From Hypanus sabinus (taxonomy: Eukaryota): a stretch of DNA of 64,000 nucleotides. A model generated the notes under the pieces. That model was given only the letters and a program-made list of their open reading frames with translations. It ran no database searches and was not told where the DNA came from. Location of the stretch: contig NC_082714.1 in assembly GCF_030144855.1 (NCBI RefSeq), positions 148,614,001 through 148,678,000 of the forward strand. Direction: 5' to 3'. This document shows positions 40,701 to 57,600 of this stretch, in pieces. The number at the start of each line of letters is the position of its first letter. Within the stretch, counting starts at the first letter, position 1. A program made the position numbers and the translations under genes.

Positions 40701-41384
40701 AAAAAAATTCGCAGGGTTTATTTTATCGGAATTGCAATTATTTTTAGGGAAAGTATTAGAGAAAATATATATCATTCAGTGATTTACCGGCTTTTAAAAA
40801 AAAACTGCAATGGGCAACTAACTGCATGCACATTTGGCATTATTTTAGATAAACGCGCGCGTTAAAAAAAATCACCTGTCAATAATAAGGGCGCAATGGT
40901 TTGGTTAAGTACATGTGATCGGTGTTATTTTACAGATTAAGAAAGAAAGGAAAATCAAATATCTACATTTTAAAAATGAAATCATATGATGCACTAGCTC
41001 CTTAACCTCCTTTGCCCCAAGTGTCTGCACTATCATCACACCTTGCTTTGTTCAGAGCTGCTGCATTCACAATCCTAAGAGTTGGGGGAGGAGGGGGGGG
41101 GTGGATATCACTACTGTCCCCAATCAGAATCTGTAAAGATGAAATCCCGCATTTCAAACCTGAACGAAATGGACCATCTCTTCCGAAGAATAAATGACAA
41201 TCGATGAATTGCACTCCAGGCAAGGAATTGCATTTTTAAAAATTAAAAATAATTGCCATTTGCAGATTTTTCCGCCGAGAATAACAGAATGCAATATAAA
41301 TAATAAGACGTTTACCTTTTGAATGGTAGCTTGAGTGACCTCCCCTTTCCCCCGCTGACGAGCTGATGCAAAGGCCACCGACAT
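10528..41384 (-). CDS. SS18L1: SS18-like protein 1 (CREST, nBAF subunit), coding exons 1-5; gene continues beyond the left edge
   Basis: Spliced exons 41316-41384, 38361-38437, 22325-22409, 14936-15080 and 10528-10728, all GT-AG and in frame. They give MSVAFASARQRGKGEVTQATIQKMLDENNHLIQCIMDYQSKGKTAECSQYQQMLHRNLVYLATIADSNQNMQSLLPA (SSXT/SNH domain) then a Q/P/G/M/S-rich region. Exon 4/5 peptides and PSMA7-LSM14B synteny favour SS18L1 over SS18. Confidence 0.92.
11113..13648 (+). mobile_element. Young 5'-truncated CR1 LINE, ORF2 (APE C-terminus + RT) almost intact
   Basis: Consecutive ORFs 11114-13284: VIVGDFNFPHVDW, GSSDHNSI, DKSPGPD, NYRPVSLTSVVGKLME, DFSKAFDKV, SGVPQGS, YADD. Only a few stops/frameshifts; 3' tail with (TTATATGG) repeats. 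Confidence 0.95.
14936..15080 (-). CDS. SS18L1: SS18L1 exon 4 (145 nt)
   Basis: ttcttag acceptor, PPSQNISMGPGGMNLSGSNQALHSQNVSNDTMGGGIPPSPLMQSQMSN, gtaggt donor. Confidence 0.92.
15249..15476. mobile_element. Solo LTR (228 bp)
   Basis: Starts TGTTATGT and ends ACACAACA (7/8 inverted match). Perfect 5-bp TSD GTTAT (15244-15248, 15477-15481). Confidence 0.75.
17431..17607 (+). repeat. Two ~80-bp imperfect direct repeats, period 100 bp
   Basis: CATAAAAAGAGCTAC...AAAGCAGAGCTTTG...TGAGTTG at 17431-17510 and 17531-17607. Confidence 0.75.
17800..21654 (+). mobile_element. Near full-length degenerate CR1 LINE (ORF1 esterase + ORF2)
   Basis: ORF1 CCLPGARIRDV...VLVHSGTNDIGR (17980-18480); APE start KVLNLNACSIRNKVDEL...DVVGITES (18716-18931); RT fragments 19870-21304; CR1 3' tail at ~21540-21654. 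Confidence 0.9.
22325..22409 (-). CDS. SS18L1: SS18L1 exon 3 (85 nt)
   Basis: ttcttag acceptor, YQQMLHRNLVYLATIADSNQNMQSLLPA, gtaagt donor. Confidence 0.95.
23095..23185 (-). mobile_element. Penelope-like terminal repeat remnant (degenerate hammerhead)
   Basis: Minus strand reads CAGTTCTGATGAAGGGTGTTGGAC... then ATAGATGCTGCCTGACCTGCTGAATG. Confidence 0.6.
24100..25692 (+). mobile_element. Rex1/Babar-clade LINE fragment (RT)
   Basis: LNNYCPVALTSTVMKCIER...LDPVQFAH...DAYIRMLFIDYSWAFN (24844-25185) and ILKFADKTIVVGRIK (25225-25431) are typical Rex1 RT motifs. Confidence 0.85.
25693..26630 (-). mobile_element. Penelope-like element internal fragment (RT C-terminus + GIY-YIG endonuclease)
   Basis: FLHYINDCICAAS (degenerate YxDD) in 26283-26630. 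CKRNKYYTCP...GVICNVQRFQCGLLCIGETRHRLGGHFAEH (degenerate GIY-YIG) in 25830-26261. RLEEQHLLFCLDSLQPDGMNIDFS C-terminus in 25595-25828. Confidence 0.85.
27770..28300 (+). mobile_element. Penelope-like element 3' end with degenerate hammerhead motif
   Basis: Encodes the GIY-YIG C-terminus (EKQDLIVCLGSLQPDSMNINFS), then a pyrimidine-rich UTR and CTGAAGAAGGGTCTTTACCCAAAATGTC at 28169. Confidence 0.8.
29310..29450 (+). mobile_element. CR1/SINE 3' tail fragment
   Basis: Same tail as 21530-21654 (ggatacaggggagaaggcagg...ggccaaatggcctaattctgc). Confidence 0.65.
30360..32525 (+). mobile_element. Head-to-tail cluster of three Rex1/Babar 3' fragments
   Basis: Repeated motifs KYADDTTVVGRIKGGDESAYR, TAWYGNT and ITPQPSGS. 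Units ~30360-30915, ~30915-31775 and ~31775-32525; the latter two end in an AATAAATTT tail. Confidence 0.8.
33452..33664 (-). mobile_element. Solo LTR (213 bp)
   Basis: TG...CA ends; perfect 5-bp TSD AGCCC (33447-33451, 33665-33669). Minus strand has a TATA-like GATAAAG then AATAAA in U3-R order. Confidence 0.85.
33775..33910 (-). mobile_element. Penelope-like terminal repeat remnant (degenerate hammerhead)
   Basis: Minus strand CAGTCTTGATGAAGGGTCTTGACCCAAAA...CATAGACACTGCCTGACCTGCTGAGTTCC. Confidence 0.65.
34345..35550 (+). mobile_element. Rex1/Babar LINE 3' fragment
   Basis: EHLENENAYATMLVIDYSSAFNTITPSKL and VERVNNFKFLGVII; tail TTTACTTTGAACTTTG. Confidence 0.8.
36950..37900 (-). mobile_element. 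CR1 LINE 3' fragment with internal deletion
   Basis: VTSGVLQGSVLGPQLFTIYINDLDEG...KFADDSKL, LYRALVRPHLEYCV and WNALPQKAVEA on the minus strand. Confidence 0.9.
37920..38014 (+). mobile_element. 95-bp Penelope-like terminal-repeat insertion with 12-bp TSD
   Basis: TGACATATGATA duplicated at 37908-37919 and 38015-38026; internal sequence matches the other PLE terminal repeats. Confidence 0.85.
37923..37957 (+). ncRNA. Minimal type I hammerhead ribozyme motif (PLE-associated)
   Basis: Core CUGAUGA (37925-37931), extra A, stem II GGGU-cuca-ACCC, GAAA (37945-37948), palindromic ACGU stem III, cleavage triplet GUU (37950-37952), stem I 3' strand GACUG. The 5' strand of stem I is truncated to 2 bp. 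Confidence 0.7.
38361..38437 (-). CDS. SS18L1: SS18L1 exon 2 (77 nt)
   Basis: ttttag acceptor, MLDENNHLIQCIMDYQSKGKTAECS, gtaagt donor. Confidence 0.95.
41316..41384 (-). CDS. SS18L1: SS18L1 exon 1 coding part (69 nt)
   Basis: ATG at 41384, MSVAFASARQRGKGEVTQATIQK, gtaaac donor. Confidence 0.95.
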
Positions 41385-41681
41385 GATGCTCGTTCTCCAC
41401 AGGCTCGCGTTGTGTTTGATCTAATTCGACTGCCGGCGAGGCTGACACGGGGGTAGCAGCGGCGCTGGCGATCGCGATCGCGGACGCGGCGGTCGGGCAG
41501 TTGCTGAGCAGCGGCTGCAGCTGCTGAGGGAACGGGGCAGCGACACGGGCGGCTGCAGGCTCCGCCTCCCGCAACACTCACTCCCCCGCGCAGCGAGTGG
41601 ACGGCGCCGGGGCGGAAGGGGCGGGCGCGATGATTCGACGATTGTAGGGGGGGGGGGTGGTGGCCCGGGGATCAGCGACTC

Positions 41682-41695
41682 GGTTTCAGTTTCGC
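41682..41695. promoter_or_regulatory. ISRE/IRF-binding element candidate
   Basis: GGTTTCAGTTTCGC; the reverse complement GCGAAACTGAAACC fits GAAANNGAAA. Confidence 0.5.
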
Positions 41696-41799
41696 TCTCG
41701 CGGGCGCCGGGCTCGTGTTGTTTCGGCGGTTGGTGCTAACTGTGGGGAAAGGGGGCTCTCGCGCCGGATCTTTCGCCCGCCCGTCCGCACCCGCGCGCC

Positions 41800-48065
<6,266 letters not shown>

Positions 48066-48114
48066 AGCTTTTTAAAAATATAAAACTCTGTATTTTACTA
48101 ATTGCGATTATGGG

Positions 48115-48120
48115 AATAAA
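48115..48120 (+). terminator. Candidate PSMA7 polyadenylation signal
   Basis: AATAAA 50 nt after the stop; a second AATAAA at 48481-48486. Confidence 0.55.
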
Positions 48121-48569
48121 CTGAAGAATTGTGCCTCAGCTGAATATTTAAACTTGCTTTACACATGATTTATCTAGGTTTTATGAATTTGCTATGGCTG
48201 CAATACATTGATTTGCATCTAAAGCTTATAGTAGTTAAATGATTCTAAAGACCACAATTCCCACCTCAAATCAGGCAATGCTGTTGAATTTCTTGTCCAG
48301 TGTTCAAATCTCAGATCGGTGTTAGAAAATATGCCAGTGGATGCAAGTAGTATTGTGGACTAATCTGAAACACAATCAAGGGGAAAGATTGATTTGTTTG
48401 TCCTTTAACTACTTGCAAATTGAAAGTATGATTAAGATCCAACAGAAAGTGGATCTCATCTCTATCCCACTGATATGTAAAATAAAGTTTTGCTTGTTTC
48501 CTATATCAAGGCCATTTAGCAATACCAAGTTATTCACACAAACAGTAAAGTCATTAAAATAAGATACAA

Positions 48570-50207
48570 GAATGTTCTTTATCTGTCATTTATTAAATCA
48601 CTGGGGAAATTTGCCCAATGTTAAAGTGTATTTCACACAATTTATTGCTACAAGAGTGCAATTACCATGGCTTTGTGACATTGTAATGTCAGTCTTCAAA
48701 GTTTCAAAAAAAAATGTGCACAGTAACAGGCATACTATTGCATACCAAACAATTAACCAAAGGCAGTGATCTTCCACCAAAGGCAGCGATCTCTTCCCAG
48801 ATCAACAAGTGCCAAATATTTGTGAAAAAAAATATTCAAACACCTACTGTTATCTGAACATATTCAGAATGTTAGTTTTGTACAGATCAGTGCTGCACAT
48901 ACTTTTCAAAAAGCACTAGTCTGCATAGTGCAGTGAACATTCAAATGAGTTTTATATCTGGTATTCCATGCAATTTGTAACACTCATAGCATGGAAATGA
49001 AAAGCTCAAATACAAGTCCAGCACACTCATAAATCAGATGTTTGCCAGACAGAATAAAGTATACTTATGCACATGCTGCATCCCAGGAAATTTAATAACC
49101 AAATTGATGCCCCTGGAGAAATTTCTTAGCAGTTGGCTTCCATTAGCATTACACCAACTTCATTGTACAAAAACACTGCAGCGTATCATGAAGGCTTCTT
49201 GTTGATAAAGTCCATTGAGAATATTTATACCATCTGAACTGACATTCATTTCCAAATGGATTTCAATTACAGTATTTTATGGTGGTACAACATGATTAGA
49301 TTCCAGGAAACCATCATTCTTAAGCAGCCTCAGATGTAAACTCAGCTCTTTTATTTACAAATCTGCAATCTACCAGGAGAACTGGACTAACTCTGTAAAC
49401 AGAAGCAATCAAGTTTAACACCAATTGACCTATAGCAGATCTCCAGGAATCAAAAAGGTACCAAGATAAAACACTGTATCTGACAAGTGTAAGATACAAT
49501 GAAGTCATTTTAATTTTTGCAAGTGTGAGGGTACATTGAAAAGCACTTCCAATCTCTAAAATTGAAATGCTCTTGAAAACAAACCATTGTTTACAATTCT
49601 TCAAATTACAAGACCATAGCAAAGTTTTGCACTGTAAAAACAAAAAAATGAAGTTACCAAATTCCAAGTGCATACAAATATGATAACCTCATGACAAATC
49701 TGTTTACCATTATTCATTATACCCTCATTCATACCTATTACAGACACTAGTCTTACACTTAGGTACCAGATGGATCTGGTGTCAAACTGCATGGGTGAGA
49801 AATGTTTTAGGTATTTAAGATACTTAAGTTGCTTTTTCATTGTGATGGAGGGCTGTTGTCAATCATGACCATATGGAGCAACAGTTACAACATGAAATTG
49901 TATTCAAAATAATAAATTAAGCTTTCCTTGCACAACTGCGCAAACAAGCCAGTTTCACACAATTACTCCTTCACCTGTTAAACAGTTAACCCAAAATAAA
50001 TACATTCATCTCCCACAGAAAGGAGCTCTGATCATCAATACAAAAATCTTATTGGCAGGATACCCGAAACAATATTTTACAAGTAGCTTGCCCGTAACTC
50101 CTTTGGGTTTATTCAAACAAAATTGTATTCTCATTAGTTCACGTCACATCCGTAGTGCCACTTTTTGTGCATTTACACATGCACAATCCAAAAAACTTCA
50201 GCCATTT
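48570..50207 (-). other. LSM14B: Putative non-coding terminal exon (3'UTR) of LSM14B
   Basis: Strong acceptor gctaatttgctcttttgtttttcag at 50208-50209. No transposon recognised in this AT-rich stretch. Minus-strand AATAAA at 50108, ~49350, 48641 and 48589; the 3' end is uncertain. Confidence 0.55.
50072..50164 (+). repeat. Direct repeat copy 2 (~93 bp) of 47818-47913
   Basis: See copy 1; lies at the start of the putative LSM14B 3'UTR exon. Confidence 0.9.
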
Positions 50208-50956
50208 CTGAAAAACAAAAGAGCAAATTAGCTTGAGTTGATACAACATTCTCATGTATTCAGCTGTTTTAAGATACAGAAAGACTACACTTGAAAAACA
50301 TGCTATGCACTTGCATGTCGTTTATCAATTTCATAAATAAAAACAAACACCCAAGATACAATATGATGCAACCATTGTAGCGACTTTAAATGATCTGTCA
50401 CCAATATTTACACTGACTTAAACACAGCCAAGTAAATCTTCTTTACCCTCATTACAAAGTAATTTTTAGGTGAGCAGCCAACTACAAAAATAGAAATCAA
50501 AGTAAAATAAAAAACATTCTAAAATTATACACAAAAAGTGACAAGACTGAAGTTGCAGACTTAAGATGCTTTGTAAATAATGGCTGTTGCTCAATTCTGA
50601 GAATTACATTGTATACCTTAATGGATACATTCTAGCAGAATCCTAGGCCTGACAGCATGTTCAGTATATAGAACAACTAATCCTTTCTAGCAGTCTATAA
50701 ATACAGATTGCTCTGTGAAGAATTACTCAACACATTGACCGTGAGAAAAGGTGTACAGATGCTCAAGGCCTCTGCACACAGAAGTTCTTAATATTCGGTT
50801 CATGAGCATCTCAGAAGGTTAAAACTAAAGTACTATTTAATAATAACTTTGACACAGACTAAGTGGCCTACTGGTCATTTTAATTGTATTTTTTTCTTTC
50901 ATGTAGAGAAACTAAGCACTGTTATACATGAGAAAATCCACAGCCACACACACTAA

Positions 50957-51043
50957 ACAACATTTTGGGCTGAGACCTGATGAAGGATATTGGCCTAAAA
51001 CGTTGACTGTTTACTCTTTTCCATAGATGTTGCCTGGCCTGCA
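50957..51043 (+). mobile_element. Penelope-like terminal repeat remnant with short 5' inversion
   Basis: CTGATGAAGGATATTGGCCTAAAACGTTGACTG at 50977, preceded by the inverted piece AACATTTTGGGCTGAGAC. Confidence 0.7.
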
Positions 51044-51167
51044 ATTTCATGACCAAATCTAACATTTAATATACAAGCAATCTCATGTATCTAATTAATT
51101 ATACATGAATACAAACTAATCTATAAAATCATAATAGACAACAATTTCAATGGATAGTACTGATATA

Positions 51168-52709
51168 TAGTCCTGTGCAAAAGTCTTGGTACATATTTTT
51201 AAAAACTCTACAAAGTAAAATGCTTTCAAAAAGAATGAAATTAAGTTTCTAAATATTAAAAAAATACTATAAAGAGTAGTAAACACTAAAAAACTATAAT
51301 CAATATTTGGTGTGACCACACTTTTTTCTTTAAAACTGCATCAATTCTTTTTAGGTATGCTGTTGTATAGTTTTATAAGAAAATTGGCTGGTAGGTTGTT
51401 CCAAGCACCTTGGAGAACTTGCCAAAGTTCTTCGGCAAACTTTGCAAATCTCACTTCTGTCTCTCCTGGTAAACCCAAGCAGCCTTGATCAGGGCTCCAT
51501 GGAGGCCATAAAATCTACCGCAGAACTCCTTGTTCATCTCGCCAAAGGTTCTTTCTGACCTTGGCTGTGAGTTGGGGGCCACTTTCCTGCTGCAGAATGG
51601 AGTTGGGACTGATCAAATGCCTCTTTGATGGTATGGTGTGATTGTATGATGGACAAGAATGTAATTGTACTTGTCAATATTGAGGATTCCATTAATTCTG
51701 ATCAGATCACCAGCTTCATTTGCAGAAATGCAGCCCCAAACCTCCACTATCCTTCACTCTTGGTTGCAGACATTCATCCATGAGATGCCATCCAGTTTTT
51801 CTATGGACAAACTGCCTCCCCTTAATTTTGAATTTTCACTTCTTAGTCCAGAACACTTGCTACCATTGTTCAGCACTACAATCCTTGTATTTTTGTGCGC
51901 CAGCCTCTTGGCTTTGTTTCCACTTCCAAGAAACGGCTCCTTGACAGCAATTCTTCTGTGAAGACCACTTCTGACAAGACTTCTTTGGACTGTAAAAAAG
52001 TTCAAAGGGGTAGAGGGGTGAACTTGCATTCCAGTGGCTGATACAGGTTTAGAGCTGATAGCAGTGCTGGACTTCTTCCAGCTTAGAAGGAATGCTAGTT
52101 TGATGTCTCGTCTGCACTCAGTTTTCGCGGCCAACCACAGTACTCCTGGTCTTCAGCCTTCCCTGTTTCTTTGTGCTTCTTCAGAACAGCTTGGACAGCA
52201 AGTTTTGAAACTCCTACCTGCCACAAAATTTTTGCTTGGGAAAGACCTTACAGATGCAGAATGACCACATTCTGTCTTGTTGCTATGCTTACTCTTGCCA
52301 TGGTGTAAGAATGATGAATTGATGTCACATCTGCCACACCCTCACCTTTTGGCTTGGTTGTCCTTCACCCTGTTTGATTAACTCTGTTTCTGTTTCAGTT
52401 ACCCAGTTTATGTCATTTAACCCATGTCAGTGATCATTAGCGCCTGTTTGTTATCTTTGTTTAATCACACACTGGGCTATATACACATACAAAGTAATCA
52501 AGTTTTTATTTGAAAAGGGTCTATTACTTAATGTTACTTCCTTTAACAAAATACAAAAATCTCTGCAGCATTTAAGTTTAAGGAAAATTAATGTTTAGAA
52601 ATCTAAAATTTGCTCGGTTTACCTGACACGGATGCAGAAGACAAAAAAAAGGTAAATATCTAAAGAAAAATTTTAAACAATTTATGGTGCCTAAGACTGC
52701 ACAGTACAG
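51168..52709 (-). mobile_element. Degenerate full-length Tc1-like transposon (~1.54 kb)
   Basis: TIRs TAGTCCTGTGCAAAAGTCTTGGTAC / GGTGCCTAAGACTGCACAGTACAG. Minus-strand transposase remnant VHPST...TVQRSLVRSGLHRRIAVKEPFL...NKAKRL (51754-52134). The same TIR occurs in a tiny remnant at 35910-35959. Confidence 0.85.
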
Positions 52710-53449
52710 CAGAATAAAATTTCTATCATCAGGCATTCAATCAGAAAAGGTGCACAAGAATGTTTTACATTTTAGTTACATTAAAGCTTTCTTGCAGTTC
52801 TTGACAGTTCACTTATATCTTGCTCTTAATATTATACAAAAACTTGCTACAACTTTAATGCAATAGTCATTGTTCATGTATTCCTAAACTCAATTTGCTG
52901 AGGACTCTTACAAGGTAGGCAGATATTTCATCCTTGCATTCTAGACTTGAATTTGTGTCCTATAGAAAACACAATATTTACAAGCTAAAACATGCAGTCA
53001 TGTTTTCCTATTCAGAAACCATTTTTCTAATCATCTCAAAAAAAAAGTGGAACGAATACAATCATTAGTATCAATGCAAATCTTAGCTGTGCTCCAAGGG
53101 CCACAATGAAGACAACAACACATCCACACCTATAAACCTCAATTAATCCACAAGACAAGCCTCATTAAGCTACTTGCAAAACAGAAGAGAAGCCAACATT
53201 GATAACCTGCGCTGGTGGAAATAATTTCCCACCACAGTAAGGCAAAGTAGTAAAACCATAAAGTTTCTACATCATGGAGATAAGTTCTAACATGGACAGC
53301 GCCAACTGATACATGTAGAACTACGTGTTTTGCAATGGCAACGTTAATCCCCTTCCATTCCCATTCTTACTAGATACTTTTTATTCAAAATATTTAACAA
53401 TGAAAACAATAAAAATGCTGAAAAACTGAAAAACAAAACTACTGGAAAC

Positions 53450-54095
53450 AGTAGGCCTCCTCTACATTGACTAGACCTGATGCAGGCTGGGGGACTGCTT
53501 TATAGAGCACTTTCACTCTATTTCAAAAGGAAGGTTCTCATGGTGACTACCCATTTCAATTTGACTTCCCATTCTGATATATCTCCTCTACTGCCACGAG
53601 GAGAACACACTCAGGTTGAAGGAGCAACCCTTCATTCTTTCTGGGTAACCTCCAACCTGATGGCACAAACATCAATTTCTCCAAGTTCTACTATTTAGTT
53701 CCCCGCTTCTCTTTATCCATTCCCCATTTTGGTTATACTTGCCCCTTCTCACCTGCCCACCACCTCCCTGTTCCCCCCTTCCCTTTTTTCTACTGTCCAC
53801 CAAACTCTCCTATTAGGTTCCTTCTTCAACCCTTTATCTTTTACATCTGTCCCTTCCCATCTTCTTACTTCACACCCTCTTTTCCCTTCAGCTGGTCTCA
53901 CTCAGCAGCGCCTAGTCTGTACTCCTCCCCTTTCCCTCAACAACTTGTTCTGGCTTCTGACTCCCTTCCTTTCCAGTCTTAATGAAATGCCTTAGCCCAA
54001 GGTGTCGAGTGTTTATTCCTCTCCACAGATGCTACCTGACTTGCCAAGTTCCTTCTGCATTTTCTGTCTGTTGCCCAAGATTTCCAGGATCTTTT
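53450..54095 (+). mobile_element. Penelope-like element 3' end (degenerate GIY-YIG C-terminus + terminal repeat)
   Basis: Homologous to 27770-28300 and to the reverse complement of 25693-26000. Confidence 0.7.
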
Positions 54096-54449
54096 CTGTT
54101 GGCAACAGTCAAGGGGCCAGGTAGTGGCTGGAGAAAGAGTTCGTTCTCTCTCTCACCTTCTCTACAAGAGATTTATTTTCTTTAACCCAATGCTGACAAA
54201 GGGTCTTTGCTCTGAAACATCAGCTCATGTTTTGCGTTCCACAAATTGTGTCTGACCAACTGAGTGTTTCCAGCATTTCTCTTTATCTTACATATTAAAA
54301 ATAAAATTTTAACTGCACTTAGAAACAGCTGAAACATTCAGGACCATGAATGGATAATCCCAGGTTTTATTAATTTCTGTATCACTCCCAGTCCAAGAAT
54401 CTTTCCCAAACAGAAGAACACCAAAACTGGTGTTGCTGCTTTACCTTAA

Positions 54450-54615
54450 CTAAACTCTGCTGCCACCATTATTTCTTGGCATTGAAGAAGTTCTTCTCCC
54501 ACCTCCACGACCTCTTCCACCACGGAAGCCTCCACGGAAACCACGTCCATGAACAAATTTAGCAGAGATCCCAAATGTTTCTGTATTAAGCTTTCTTTCT
54601 TCTGCCCACGTACGT
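54450..54615 (-). CDS. LSM14B: LSM14B last coding exon (TFG box, RGG)
   Basis: [54 protein letters not shown]; donor AG|gtaaag 5 nt after the stop. Confidence 0.93.
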
Positions 54616-57600
54616 CTATTGGAAGTTGAAGAGATGAAAGGAAAGCAGACAATATAGTGGGGAATGCTTCAGTTCATAAAAACAAGTAAGCAACGAATTA
54701 GAATGTTTGAACAAAGAAAACAATAAAATTGAATTCTGGGCAAAGTTTACAACCTTGTAGTGTCCCAGCCAGTCCACTTCTACCTTCTTTCCAAGATCCA
54801 AAAGTGAAACTGTCCAGACAGTCCCAATTATTACAAACTTATTTCAGACAGAGCATACTAACAGGCACTTCCAAGTCCATCAAGCCCACACCACCCATTT
54901 ACTCCAATGTGACCAATTAACTACGTCTTTTGGGTGCGGGAGGAAAATGAAGCACTGAGGAAACCCGTACAGTCAAGCGCAGAACATAGAGATTTCTTCC
55001 AGTAGAAATGAACCCAGGTCACTGGTATTGTAATAGCATCATGCTAATCACTACACTGCCATAAACTTATTTCTTCGTACCCCAACTCCATCTTCTCTCC
55101 CTCAGTCCAGTCCCTTTCCAATACAACTTCATCTTAGCAGTGCAATCTTTCTATCCCCTCAACCCATTATCAATAGGGTCTGAGGGGTTTTCACTTTTCC
55201 CTCTCTATGAACTGAGTCAGACAAAGTTCTTCTCCGTTAACAAACCTGCCAGGTTGAACACATCCTAAGATTAAGCAACCTCTTTCAACACTGCTCACTT
55301 TCCCCAGGTCAAGGGGAAACTATGAGCACTGTACAAGTCCAAGCTGCTCATCTTTTTGTGGGATGAATGGAATGGTCTTTATTTCAGTTCTACTCTGCCT
55401 TGCAATAATTGCTGACTTAAATGGTACTCTGAACTCCAACTCTGTTGAGTACTTCTATTCTCTGTTTTTATTCAATATTTCCATTCTGCAACATCTGATT
55501 GTTCTTGCTTCATCTGCCAAAATCTTATTCCAAAGCACTACAAATTAACCCTCCTCATTTTAACCTATCTGCAATCCAAATCTCTAGTAATATTGCATGA
55601 TATTCCATCAAGCCAAGATCCCCATACTCACTAATTTACATTATTAATCTCAGACTAAGCACTCAAATTTTAAGATCCCTTATCCCATTCGGTTCTATCT
55701 TCCCTTCATCACCTGATTCCCTTTAATATCTTAACACAAGTTTTAAAGTGAGAAGGAGCAAGTTCAAAGGAGATGCATAGAAGAACTGGAATACACTGCT
55801 GGAGTGGTGGTGGTGATGATGATGATGATTGATTAATACGATAAGAGGTGTTCAAGAGGTTCTGACATAGCCACGCACAAATGAGCAATAAATGGAAAGA
55901 TATGGACATTGTACAGGTATAAAAAATTAGTTTAGTTGCATAATTGATTACTCATTTAACTATTTTCACACAACACTGTGGGCCAAAAGGTCTGCTCCTG
56001 TGTTGTACTATTCTACAAATGAAAATTTAGAAGTTATTCAAAGTTTTGCATCTTCACAAGGAAAACATGAACATTCAAATTTGAAACAAACTGTAAATGT
56101 TCCAAGAGTGGGAAACAGCATATATGAAAAGGCAAGCTTGTAACACTGGAATCTGAATAGGTGCAAACAACTTTTCTCATTCCAATTTAATGTATCATTG
56201 TAAACTACACAAGATTTACCTTGTCTTTGGCTCAGTAGAAATATTATCAAAGAATGATTTTGTTTTATCATAGTAACAGTTGGGTCCAAGTGATGGCTCC
56301 TTTTTTCCTTCCGTACTTAGTGTTTCTACAATTGAATCTCCTTTCTCTTCTTGTTGGCCATTATCTCCTTTATGTACAATATCATCTAAAAAGTTAAAGG
56401 TATTTCATTGCATGTTGTTAAAATTGCTATTCCATGCATACAATTATCCTATGGTAGGTACACTTCAGACTGCATGCACTCCTACTCTACATCTATGCAG
56501 GAAGCAGTACCCAAGTTCACCTGAATGTTTTCTCTCTCGTCACTGATTTATTGCAGTCCAAATTGCAAGCCCAATACTTGTGATGGTCAACTGCTCAAAA
56601 TCAGAAATCAAAATATTGACCTAAGTTAATAGAAAACTTTATGCCTCATCTTCTGCTTAATTCAAGGTGCAAGTCAAACATTTTTATACTGACAGGTATA
56701 ACTTCAGGCAGTCAAAGTGTGCGCTGAAATAGAAAACATCCACTATGCAGTTAAGATTGCAGAAATCAAGAAAATTTTAATACTCGAGACGTATATTTCA
56801 CTCATATTGCAATGGATCAAGGTTAAGCACTTCATCCTTATGGATGAGACAAAAGGCAAAGAGCTACCTTATCAGCAAAACCCATCTGACTTTAGTGAAT
56901 ATTTCACAAATCAAATTGTGTAGTTACTTCAGATCAATTCTCTTTTTATATGTAGCAATAAAGTACCTTTAATTTTCAGTTTGTTTTGGAACTCCTTTTC
57001 AAACTCTTCCTTATTAAACTGAGCATTTGCACTTTCAAAATCAAAGTCCCTTTCAAACTTCATCGTTGCTTCTTTATTACTTCCAGAAAAGTTTTGTCCT
57101 CTTCCTCGGTTTCTGACTCTTCTATTGCCTGTAATGAAATATTATAAGAATGTAAGAATGTCTAAAATAACAGTTAAAGGAAACAGCTTAAACAATAAAG
57201 CACAGCCATTTAATTGGTACATTCACATTCCAAGTTTGTTGTAACCAAGTTTTTCATAGGCAGTAACACTAACAGATTACCAGACATAATGGCAGCAACA
57301 GTAAGAATTCAAAGGTCATCAAGTATGACTTCCTCAGCAAATTCCTTTAGAAGCTTTAATGGGTTTTTGAAATTAGGGAAGAAATATCCTATATTAAAGA
57401 AGAAATTACTGGATATGCTTTTGTATTAACAATTTATTTTGTCCAGAGAATTAAGTATCTAAACTCTGATGTCAAACAACTTGCTAACCCCATAGCTTTT
57501 CAATATTTTGCACTAGATACTAAATACTGTTTCAAATCTACTTAAAGTCTCTAATCTGTACAAGCAGCGGAGAACCCAGTAAAATCTGAATTAATATTTT

